NCBI GenBank assembly: GCA_049472315.1
Contig: JBLIRN010000001.1
Location: forward strand, 191,919 to 255,918
Direction: 5' to 3'
Length of the DNA stretch: 64,000 nt
DNA from: a bacterium
Lineage (GTDB): Bacteria; SZUA-182; DTGQ01; JAFGSM01
The notes under the pieces: generated by a model
Told to the model about the DNA's origin: nothing
Database searches by the model: none
The model's input: only the letters and a program-made list of their open reading frames with translations
Made by a program: the position numbers and the translations under genes
Shown: piece by piece, positions 1-8,942 of the stretch
Layout of the letters: each line of letters begins with the position of its first letter
Position numbering within the stretch: position 1 is the stretch's first letter

Positions 1-681
1 ACCGGGCCATTCATAGTTCATCAATGCATCCATGGCCTCATTGCTGATTCCCCGCATACTCTTTTTGGTCTCATAGTTCTCAAATTCGATGAAATTCTTC
101 ACCAGCAGCGGGATGTCATCCTTTCGCTCCCTGAGCGCAGGGAGAAATATGGTTATTACGCCAAGCCGATAAAAGAGATCCTCCCGAAAGGCACCCTGTT
201 GAACCGCCCTTTTGAGTATCACATTGGTGGTGGCGATCACCCTCACGTCAACCGGGATAGGGATGGAAGTGCCAACCGAGACAATCTCATTCTCCTGAAG
301 GACCCGCAGCAGCTTTGCCTGCCCTGAAAAGGACATGTTTCCGATTTCATCCAGGAGTATGGTACCACCGTTCGCCAGCTCAAATCTTCCCTTTCTGCTC
401 TCGCACGCACCGGTAAACGCGCCCTTCTTGTGCCCGAAGAGTTCACTCTCGAGGAGCGTTTCACTGAGCGCAGCACAATTGACCTTGATAAAGGGCCTGT
501 TATTTCTCCTGCTGCTCGCATGGATGGCATTCGCCACGAGTTCCTTGCCAGTCCCGCTCTCGCCTTGGACCAATACGGTGGAATCCGTTCTTCCCACCAT
601 CTTGATCAACCGGCATACCTCGCGAATCTTTGTATTTTTGCCAAGGATATTGCTGACCTCACATTCGAGACTGACGGGCAT
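1..681 (-). CDS. Sigma54-dependent transcriptional activator (bEBP AAA+ domain) without N-terminal regulatory domain; 3' end truncated by the window
   Basis: Not in the ORF track; manual translation gives MPVSLECEVSNILGKN...GESGTGKE (Walker A)...ESELFGHKKGAFTGA...ILLDEIG (Walker B)...FREDLFYRL...YEWPG. Purine-rich SD (AAAGGGGGAAG) before ATG. Confidence 0.93.
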   Translation of the reverse strand, partial: MPVSLECEVSNILGKNTKIREVCRLIKMVGRTDSTVLVQGESGTGKELVANAIHASSRRNNRPFIKVNCAALSETLLESELFGHKKGAFTGACESRKGRFELANGGTILLDEIGNMSFSGQAKLLRVLQENEIVSVGTSIPIPVDVRVIATTNVILKRAVQQGAFREDLFYRLGVITIFLPALRERKDDIPLLVKNFIEFENYETKKSMRGISNEAMDALMNYEWPG

Positions 682-1036
682 GAGCTTCCCCCTTTGGTAC
701 ACCAAAATTAATGGTAATACATTGCTTACAGTGTTCCTATGTGCTCCATACACGCTCAAACATAATCGATGATACTTTGTAACTTGAAGTATTCCTATGG
801 GCTCTGTGACTTATCAGGCAACATACTTATAGTACATTCATTCACTCTAATTGGTGGCTTCATATCTCTTCAAAAAATTAATTAATACATGTATCCCTTA
901 CTGAACACTATCACCTTTTATAAATGTATAAACATGGACAATTGTGTAGACATCATTATCATTTTTATATGATGTAATTTTTTAAAATCCTGCCAATCAT
1001 AATCAACAACATTCTTACATTTTCTCTTATAGCTTA

Positions 1037-1052
1037 AGCAATAAAAATGCCA
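1037..1052 (-). promoter_or_regulatory. Sigma54 -24/-12 promoter upstream of the bEBP gene
   Basis: Minus strand TGGCATTTTTATTGCT fits TGGCAC-N5-TTGCW with exact GG-N10-GC spacing; IHF-like TATCAGCAAATTG at 1090-1102. Confidence 0.75.
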
Positions 1053-1307
1053 AACAGCAGAAGGAATTTGCGTAGTTAACTTACTGATATATCAGCAAAT
1101 TGATTTGTTGTTATAATTGGATATTGGTATCTGTTTACATTATGCGCAAAAATATGCGCATATCTTGATTTTTATGGATGGGTCATACTCTAAGGGATGA
1201 TAAAAGTGAACGGGCTATGATACGGTCTAATGCAGAGGTGCATGGATCAAACGGAGATTGCTATAAGATGCCCCGCTAGTCACTATGCCGGGCGAACCCA
1301 AAAACCT

Positions 1308-1344
1308 AAAAAAAGGGCGGCGGGTTTGCTGTTCCCGCCGCCCT
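1308..1344 (-). terminator. Intrinsic terminator of the large surface protein gene
   Basis: AGGGCGGCGGG...CCCGCCGCCCT stem followed by a T-run on the minus strand, ~40 nt after the stop. Confidence 0.85.
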
Positions 1345-1383
1345 CTGTGTGTGCCCTATCAGAAATACACGAGGGACGCCCTA

Positions 1384-4300
1384 TCAGTAGAAGAGGAGGT
1401 CGTCAACGGCGATCCTCCCGCCGATCCAGATACGCTCGACCGAACTGGCGCCTACACCGGCGAATATGCTGTTCATGACCGTATCGAGGTTCCGCTCGAT
1501 GGGCTGCCATTCTCCGTTGGTGAGACCAGGGCCGAGGAAGTAGTAGGCATAATTGCCCCGGCGATATTCATAGGTGCCGGCGGTGCCGCCGTTCACGAAT
1601 CCTATCGTAAAGGGCAGTCCCAGGGTGTCTTCGATGTCCACCCAGATGACGAAGTTGCTGCTCGTCTTTATCCTGCAGCTCATGCCGGTCACATCGGTCA
1701 CCGTGGTGATATCCCTGTACACGTTGTACCTGTCGGGATAACCACCGGACGGATTGAGCTTCATTACATTGCTCTGGACAGCATTGTCCGGCTCTGCAGT
1801 GAGAGAGACGTTGGGGTCGTCGGGATAGAGCGACCACCCGGACGTATCGTCGAAGGTGTCAAGCTCCTTGAATGCCCGGGGTGTGGCGGAGACCGACACG
1901 CCCCTGCTCTCTTCGCCCTCGACCACCTGCACGACGGTAAAGGTGTATTTCGTATTATTGTCCAGGTTGCTCCTCGTGTAGGTGAAGTTGTTCGTATCAG
2001 TGATCTGGTAGATCACCATGTCCGGATCAACGAGGTTCGTATCGATGAAGAGCTTCGTATTGTCGATCTTATTGGGATCGACAACGGTCCAGCTCAGGGT
2101 CATGGTCTCGTCTCCGGCACGCGCGGTCAGGTTTTGCACATCAGGCACACCCTCGCCGAGTGCAATATCGTCGGCGTCGAGAGTCCCGCGCAGGAGCACG
2201 CCGAGCAGGTTATCGAAACCAACCGCATCATTCGTTGCTGAACGGAGGTCCTCATCCAGATTCCTCTGGATGGAATACCACTCGGTCGCGCTCTTGCCGC
2301 TCCAGGCCAGTTGACACTTGTACCAACCGGTCTGCTCCTTGACGAGAGCCGTATCCGCAGTGAGATTCGTATTCCCCTGGTAACTCAGGAAGTAGCCCTT
2401 GCCGTCCGTGCCTCTGACATAGGCGTCAACCCTGAAGGCACCATTCGACCTGATCCGCATGCTGAGCACCGGGTTGGCGAACTCTTCAGGACTGCTCAAC
2501 CACTTGGTGACAATGTAGTTGAGTCCGGAGCTGCTCGTCAATTTCAGGAAGTTATTGTTGTCTTCAGCCTTCCGCGCGATGGAGCCGTTTCCCTGCAGCC
2601 TGTACCATCCCCTTTGCAGCAGGCTCTCTCCGGCTGTATAGCCGGCATCGAAGTCATCGACCAGTGTTGTGGTCGGGGTGATCAGGGTGATTGAGACCAT
2701 TCTCCCATCGGAACGGTTTTCCGGTGAGGCCGTATCCACGGCCTTTAGCGTGAATGCATAGGTGTTGTTATAATCCAAGGGATTGAAGTTTCCATCCTTG
2801 GTGATGTAATAGGTGAAGTTGCCCTGCGCATCCGCTTTGCTTGCAGAGACCAGTTCCTTCACGCAGCTGTCGCATCCACCGGAGACACAGTCGCAGTAGT
2901 ACACATAGTAACCCTTTAGATCCTGGTGTTGACCTGCCGGGTTCTTCCAGGTGAGCTTGATTCTCCGGAACTCCTGCTCGGCCTGGATGTTTTCTGGCGG
3001 CAGGGGTATGGTGGCCTGCGGCATCGCGCTTATCCTCATCCCACCACTCTCGTTCGGCGTAGGCTTGCTATCAAAGGCGGTCACCATGAAATGATAGGTG
3101 AGTCCATTGGACAGCCCGGTGGCCGAATAGGAGGTAGCGGTCTTGGCAACGCTCCCGATTCGATTCACAGGATCCTTCGCAGGGGGTTCACCCTGTTTCC
3201 TATATATATAGTATCCCGCAATATATTCGGACTGTTCTGCGGGAAGCTGCCACTGCAGTGACACCTGGTTCTCATTCCCCTGGGCCGTGAGATTGACCAC
3301 GTCCTTGAGGGGCGGGGGAGGCGCCGCGGATGAAACGGTGATGTTGTCGATATAGTCGACGTCGCCCCGCAACAGGATGCCCTTGAGATAGTGATACCGG
3401 TAACCGGTCGCCTTGAAAAGGTCCTCATCCATGTTCCTGCTCACCGTCTTGCCGTTCGGGTCGATGAACTGCGCACCGATCTTGCAGGTCACATATCGTC
3501 CGGAAACGCTGCACTCATTTGCCGGATCCTGGGGCACGTAGCGAATGAAGAAGTTGGATTCAGTGCTTCCCTTTACCGCATTCACATAGGCATCGAAGTA
3601 GTACAGGTTCGTGTCCTTGATGAAGAAGTTGATCTTCGGGTAATCGGCGTTGAACACGTTGGTCGATATCGACTTGGTGATGATGTAGTTGAGCTGGCTG
3701 TTGTTCGAGGGCGTGGTCTTCAGCTTCGACTGGAGATAGCGGTTCACACGGGAATTGGCATCAATCTCCTGCTTTTTGAGCATCTCACCTGAACCCTGCA
3801 GCCAATACCAACCCTTCGCAGTGAGACTAATCGTATATTCAAAGTCATCCACCGTGGTCGCCGGGATCTGGATGACGAAGGTGACCAGTTTCTCGGCACT
3901 CTTGTTGGGGGTGCCGCTGTCGGTGACCACGAATTTCACCTTGAGCATGCCCGCCGTGCCGTATCCGAAATCAACCGAAGAGCTGTCGATCGGCGGCGTT
4001 ATGGTAAGCACGGGCGGCGTTGCGCCGGCATCAAAGTCCAGCCACTCCTGTACCTGTGAGTCATTGGGATCAGCGTAGTTCGGATCGAGGGTAAAGACAA
4101 GCGGGGTATCTCCGTCCGGATCGCTTGCGATCACCTCCACTACTAAGGGCTGCCCCTCGCTACAGAGCTGCTCCTCGCCGCTCGGGCTCGTATTGATGGT
4201 CGGCGGCTGATTGTTGATGTATACATCCGCCGAATTTACGCTAATCGGGGTCGTCCCGTCCGTGGCGGTCACCGCGCAGTACCAGGTCTCGTCCTGGTCG

Positions 4301-6702
4301 GTCAGGGCTGCCTGCAGGGTGAAGCTGGTTGCAGTAATCGATCCGGATGGCACCGACGTTTTCTTGCCGCCCTTCTCGAACCATTCATAGGTGTATTGAA
4401 TGGTATCGATCCCGTCGGTCACATCCTGGTCTGCGGGCACGGTGGTCACCGTGCACACCAGGCTGTTGTCGTCGGTGGCATTGGGGCTCGGCGTCACCTG
4501 CACGGCAAGCCCTGTTGGTGCCGTGTTCCCGATGTTGACTGCTGTAGCGGTCGCCGAACCCGCGCTGAAGACGCCGGAGCCGTCCTTGGCCCTCACTGCG
4601 CATGACCACGAATCGTTCTTTCGGGTATTGCTTGAGCTCAGGGTGTCGGTAGTTACCCCCTGTGCCGAGGTGTGAACCACAGGGGTCTTTCCCGAACAGG
4701 ACCAGGTGAACTCATACTGTATGATGGAGACATCCTCCGGGTCTATATCCACGGGCGACGCCGGGCTCACGGTACAGGTAAGATTCTGTCCGGAGGTTGC
4801 CGGCGACGGTGCAATGGACGCACCCGCAGGGGTATTCGGAGCGGTGTTGTTTATGGTCGCGGAGTTCGAGCTCACCTGAGTCGAGCTTGCCGCTTCACCG
4901 TCCCACGCCCGCACCGTACATGTCCATACATGGCCCTTTCCGGTCTCGGAATCGTCAAGCGTATCGGAAAGCTCGGTTTTGGGTCCATGCTCGATGGATG
5001 CCTTCCCTCCGCAGTTGGTGCAGGACCATACGTAGTAGTAATCAAGCGGCGAATCCTCAGGATCGGCATCAGTTGACGCGGTCCCGATGGTACAGGTGAT
5101 GTCCTGGGTGGTGTCCGTGCTCGTCGGACTGATGGTGACATTTCCGGGTTTGGTGGGCACCGAGTTCATCACGGTCACCGGGTCCGAATTCACCGCAGGC
5201 GCGGAACCATCCTTGTCCTTCACCGTCACACGGCAGTAGTACTGCTTACCCTTGTCCGTCTGCGATATGGGCAGGGTATTGGTAAACTCAGTGCTGTCTG
5301 TGACCGTGACGATGCTCGTGCTGTTTTCAAACCACTCGTAATCGACCAGGAGCGTATCAGCAGGATCGGGATTGTAAATCGAACCTGAATTCACTGTACA
5401 GATAATCGGATCATCGGTGTCCGGCTCCGCAGGCCCGATGGTAGGCTTATCCGGTTGAGTCGGAGGGCCGTTCAGGGCGATCAAGGTAAATCTCGCTTGA
5501 TCCTGGACGCCATCCGCATCCGTCGCCGTGATTTGAATCTCCCGATGAAATCCGCCTGTTGGTGATGGCCATACGATCTGGACGCAGTTCGCATCCACAG
5601 TCTCAATGTCCATACCGCTTGGCTGCCCGCTCAGGGTAATCGTGACAGCGGCCCCCTCGGGATCGTAGGCGCATACCTGCAGAGGAAGCCTGCTGCTATA
5701 ATAGGCCGGGATATCCGTATTGTACGGATCATTCATATCTTTTTCAGGGAGGACAATCTCTGGAGGCTGATTGCCATAAAGGATATATTGATTTATTACC
5801 CCTTCACTGCATGAGGCGGGCGGATTAGGCACACTGAAATTCAGCAGGCAACCGCCGTCCGGGTAGCTGCTGGCTGAAGTTTCTATAAAATCGGCGGGAT
5901 ACGTAGTTGAAATTTTACGCTGACCCAGGCCGATACCGGGGACAAGACCGCCCAATAGTATAATGTTCATCGACTTGTCTGTAATGGTGGTCGACGTCCA
6001 ATCCAGGTAATCACCTGTTGCATTACGGATAAACAACGGAAAGTTTATCAAAATGAGATTTCCCAGTCCCAGGCTGTTATCCGGCCACCCGTTTTTATCG
6101 GTGCTCGATCGATACGATACCGGATACTTGGCACCCACATCTGCGATGATTACAATATTGTCGAGCGCATTTCCGGTATCCGGATGAAGCACCGAAAGGG
6201 CCAGCTTTGCATTCCATGTCTGCGGTGACTGCTTTTCTATAGCGGTCTTCACAGAAAGCAGTGGCGCGGAAGCAGGATAGTAGTACGTGGAGGTATCGGT
6301 AAACGATCCTGTGGCCTTGCCGGTGGAAACAGTGCGCACATAGTATGTTGTCGCGGGCTGCAGGCCGACTACATCAACCTGCATAACGCCCCTATCCTGA
6401 GCGGTTGGGGAATCATTTGTTATTTCATATATCTCCGGCGCCGGAGACACCGGAGTGGTGCCGTCTGCATTCGCATAGACCTCAACCGTGCACGTGCTGG
6501 GTGTGTCAACCTGCCAGACAACGCTGAATCCTACAGGGGTTACGTTATAAAAATAGATACCTTCGTTACCGCCGACAGGTGGCCCCGCTACGGCCAGGTT
6601 TGAAAAACCTATGGCGAACATTAAGAGAATAATACAGCAAAAGCTCTTTGAAAAAAGGGTGCTGACCTTTTTTCGCCCCCAATATCTTTCACAGGACATC
6701 AT
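1384..6702 (-). CDS. Large secreted multidomain surface protein (1772 aa): N-terminal FN3-like domain, Ig/cadherin-like domains, four Cys-containing Ig-like repeats, FN3 domains, three repeated beta-sandwich domains
   Basis: Signal peptide ending ...NLAVA; FN3 signatures (GLQPATTYY, GLSNGLTYHF, LDNNTKYTF); internal repeats; Ser/Thr/Asp-rich. Confidence 0.85.
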   Translation of the reverse strand: MMSCERYWGRKKVSTLFSKSFCCIILLMFAIGFSNLAVAGPPVGGNEGIYFYNVTPVGFSVVWQVDTPSTCTVEVYANADGTTPVSPAPEIYEITNDSPTAQDRGVMQVDVVGLQPATTYYVRTVSTGKATGSFTDTSTYYYPASAPLLSVKTAIEKQSPQTWNAKLALSVLHPDTGNALDNIVIIADVGAKYPVSYRSSTDKNGWPDNSLGLGNLILINFPLFIRNATGDYLDWTSTTITDKSMNIILLGGLVPGIGLGQRKISTTYPADFIETSASSYPDGGCLLNFSVPNPPASCSEGVINQYILYGNQPPEIVLPEKDMNDPYNTDIPAYYSSRLPLQVCAYDPEGAAVTITLSGQPSGMDIETVDANCVQIVWPSPTGGFHREIQITATDADGVQDQARFTLIALNGPPTQPDKPTIGPAEPDTDDPIICTVNSGSIYNPDPADTLLVDYEWFENSTSIVTVTDSTEFTNTLPISQTDKGKQYYCRVTVKDKDGSAPAVNSDPVTVMNSVPTKPGNVTISPTSTDTTQDITCTIGTASTDADPEDSPLDYYYVWSCTNCGGKASIEHGPKTELSDTLDDSETGKGHVWTCTVRAWDGEAASSTQVSSNSATINNTAPNTPAGASIAPSPATSGQNLTCTVSPASPVDIDPEDVSIIQYEFTWSCSGKTPVVHTSAQGVTTDTLSSSNTRKNDSWSCAVRAKDGSGVFSAGSATATAVNIGNTAPTGLAVQVTPSPNATDDNSLVCTVTTVPADQDVTDGIDTIQYTYEWFEKGGKKTSVPSGSITATSFTLQAALTDQDETWYCAVTATDGTTPISVNSADVYINNQPPTINTSPSGEEQLCSEGQPLVVEVIASDPDGDTPLVFTLDPNYADPNDSQVQEWLDFDAGATPPVLTITPPIDSSSVDFGYGTAGMLKVKFVVTDSGTPNKSAEKLVTFVIQIPATTVDDFEYTISLTAKGWYWLQGSGEMLKKQEIDANSRVNRYLQSKLKTTPSNNSQLNYIITKSISTNVFNADYPKINFFIKDTNLYYFDAYVNAVKGSTESNFFIRYVPQDPANECSVSGRYVTCKIGAQFIDPNGKTVSRNMDEDLFKATGYRYHYLKGILLRGDVDYIDNITVSSAAPPPPLKDVVNLTAQGNENQVSLQWQLPAEQSEYIAGYYIYRKQGEPPAKDPVNRIGSVAKTATSYSATGLSNGLTYHFMVTAFDSKPTPNESGGMRISAMPQATIPLPPENIQAEQEFRRIKLTWKNPAGQHQDLKGYYVYYCDCVSGGCDSCVKELVSASKADAQGNFTYYITKDGNFNPLDYNNTYAFTLKAVDTASPENRSDGRMVSITLITPTTTLVDDFDAGYTAGESLLQRGWYRLQGNGSIARKAEDNNNFLKLTSSSGLNYIVTKWLSSPEEFANPVLSMRIRSNGAFRVDAYVRGTDGKGYFLSYQGNTNLTADTALVKEQTGWYKCQLAWSGKSATEWYSIQRNLDEDLRSATNDAVGFDNLLGVLLRGTLDADDIALGEGVPDVQNLTARAGDETMTLSWTVVDPNKIDNTKLFIDTNLVDPDMVIYQITDTNNFTYTRSNLDNNTKYTFTVVQVVEGEESRGVSVSATPRAFKELDTFDDTSGWSLYPDDPNVSLTAEPDNAVQSNVMKLNPSGGYPDRYNVYRDITTVTDVTGMSCRIKTSSNFVIWVDIEDTLGLPFTIGFVNGGTAGTYEYRRGNYAYYFLGPGLTNGEWQPIERNLDTVMNSIFAGVGASSVERIWIGGRIAVDDLLFY

Positions 6703-6858
6703 GAATCCCCCTTTCGCAGGAAAGAATCTCTATTTATTTTTCATCTCTCATAGTTCTTCTTTATCTAATCATTATAATCTAATAATTATTTCAGCAACCA
6801 AAATCCTTTGTATTTTTGATAACTTAATAAAATATTTTATATTACCTCCCTGGAAAAA

Positions 6859-8313
6859 TTATTCTGCCGAGAAAGGATCCCAATTCGCAACATTATTCGC
6901 ATCACTTGTAAGTTGCACAAAATAAAACTTTGTATTCGACATAGGCAATGCTTGAGGAGTAATCTGCCCCAGGCTTCTTGTGGTGGGTTTCCATATCTTG
7001 TTCGTTGCATCATAATACCAGACATTGATTACCTTTGCGGTACCCGCCCCTCCTCCTACAGGCGCCGGCGCCTCAATATCGAGAAAGAAATTTTTTGTCA
7101 TGTAATACGCCGGTATCTGAGGGATTGCAACTGCATTAAGTCTATTGTTAACAAGGTTGATTTTAAGCGAGTTGGGCTTGCCATAAAAGATTATCTCGTT
7201 GGTCATTGAGGAACTCATCTGAACAAAGCAGGCGTCGCCTGCATCAAGGGTTATATTATCAGGAACAATTTTCCCCAGGCTTCTCTGGGTTGGAGTCCAA
7301 AAACCATTTTGATATTTATATATTGCGGTCACGATTGTTGCCCCGCCATGAGCAGCCTCAATCGCCTCGAAAAGGTTCTTCGTTGTGTATCCATCGGGAG
7401 CATCAAATGGCAGGGTGAACATATTCAACCCTTGAGCAAAGCGGAAGCTTGCCGAGACCATCGGCATCATGATGGGCTCCCCGTTCACCTTGTCAATCGA
7501 TTCCACCCGGCCCCAGCTGACCACAAAATCATCCGCTCCTTTGCCCAATATCGCCTGGGCCCCGCATACGATGGTGAACCTGATCATCTCCGCCCCTTGG
7601 AGTTGCAAAGGAAATTTATAATTGTCCCCTGACGCGGATCCGCCGAAAAGATTGTTCATTTCAATAAGGGCATAGTGTTTATATGAGGGATTGTTGGGAT
7701 CGTAGGTCGTAGAAGCTCCCCCCGGCAATCCATCGCCGACCCACGCAGAAACCGGGTAATCGCTGAGCGGGGTGGTACCAGTGGAATCATAGATATCCGC
7801 GAGCACCACGGCACCGAGCGCAGGGCTCGTACCGTCGGCCTTGTAGACTGCCTTGTGCAGCACATCATTGCTCACGATGTCGTGGTCATTCGGGTCGTTC
7901 GACGCCAGGCCCCTGAGGCTTTCAGTGGTTACCTGACTGTAATGGAAAGGAGTTCCGCTGTTCTGGGTGACCCCGAAATAATAAGTCGTGCTATAATCCA
8001 GCCCTACAACGCTTACCTTGGCAATCCCGAAATCCTTCCCATCCTCTCCGGATTGGCCGGCAGCGGTATCTATAATGATTTGATTGGGATTTAAGGCGAC
8101 CTCGGTACTATGGCTGCCATCGGTATACAGTTTGATGCCGCAGCTTGTATACGTCCCCCCGGTCGTCCAGACCACGCTGAACATCTTGGTGGTCACGTCG
8201 CAGATGCGCGGCGGCTGAAGGGTTGCGGCATTGACCTGCGTCAGGAAAAAAAGAAAGGGTGAAATAGCGGCAATTACAAAAAAAATCCTCTTCCATCCCC
8301 TCGGGCAACTCAT
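6859..8313 (-). CDS. Secreted protein (484 aa) with FN3-like N-terminal domain and two C-terminal repeats
   Basis: Signal peptide (...QVNA); VVGLDYSTTYYF; two repeats sharing TKN..F..IEA and W.PT.RSLG.I.P; SD AAAGGAGG. Confidence 0.85.
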   Translation of the reverse strand: MSCPRGWKRIFFVIAAISPFLFFLTQVNAATLQPPRICDVTTKMFSVVWTTGGTYTSCGIKLYTDGSHSTEVALNPNQIIIDTAAGQSGEDGKDFGIAKVSVVGLDYSTTYYFGVTQNSGTPFHYSQVTTESLRGLASNDPNDHDIVSNDVLHKAVYKADGTSPALGAVVLADIYDSTGTTPLSDYPVSAWVGDGLPGGASTTYDPNNPSYKHYALIEMNNLFGGSASGDNYKFPLQLQGAEMIRFTIVCGAQAILGKGADDFVVSWGRVESIDKVNGEPIMMPMVSASFRFAQGLNMFTLPFDAPDGYTTKNLFEAIEAAHGGATIVTAIYKYQNGFWTPTQRSLGKIVPDNITLDAGDACFVQMSSSMTNEIIFYGKPNSLKINLVNNRLNAVAIPQIPAYYMTKNFFLDIEAPAPVGGGAGTAKVINVWYYDATNKIWKPTTRSLGQITPQALPMSNTKFYFVQLTSDANNVANWDPFSAE

Positions 8314-8549
8314 TGGATGGATCCTCCTTTCATTCGCTTGAAATTGTCAACAATTTCGGATTACGTATAGACCAGCTATCCGAAATTGACGACTTACGTA
8401 AGAAATTACTTACTCCCCATCCGCGCCCTCGAAACGCATACAATCTATTTATCTGTGGCGCTGGATGCCGGAGCATTCAATTATGTATCACATTTGTTCT
8501 GTTGTATCGTTTCCCCCCTTGGTATACGGTTTCACGTAATAGATAATGA

Positions 8550-8565
8550 AGCAAGATTAGTGCCA
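8550..8565 (-). promoter_or_regulatory. Sigma54 -24/-12 promoter for the surface-protein genes
   Basis: Minus strand TGGCACTAATCTTGCT, a full match to TGGCAC-N5-TTGCW, ~240 nt upstream of ATG 8313. Confidence 0.8.
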
Positions 8566-8942
8566 TATATTTTATGAATACAACACCCGATTCCGAATAT
8601 TTTCACTGGTTAAAAGGTTCAGACGGTATAGTAAATAAATGACCGGTTCCCCCTATCCTGCTATGCTGCGAGCAGGTGAACAAAAAACATTCACAAGTAT
8701 GCATTGCACTACATAATAACCATGCATCTCTTTGCATAGGTGCTTGACAAGAGGGAAATATATATACGGTTACCACAAATGACCATCATTGGAATGCTTC
8801 TGGGGGAGCAAAACAACCCTGCAATCAAGAGGTTTCAGTAAATACCCAGTAAAATACCATTTTTATTAAAGTTAAAAAATTACATCACAATTATAGCAAT
8901 TAAAATCTTCCATGTCAATCGGTTATCATATAATTTATAAGG

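Noticed and set aside
1285..2241. Long plus-strand ORFs antisense to real genes (also 10214-11203, 32303-33331, 41036-41977, 47318-48442, 48502-49938, 60553-61542)
   Set aside because: Antisense shadows of codon-biased genes with no recognisable motifs.
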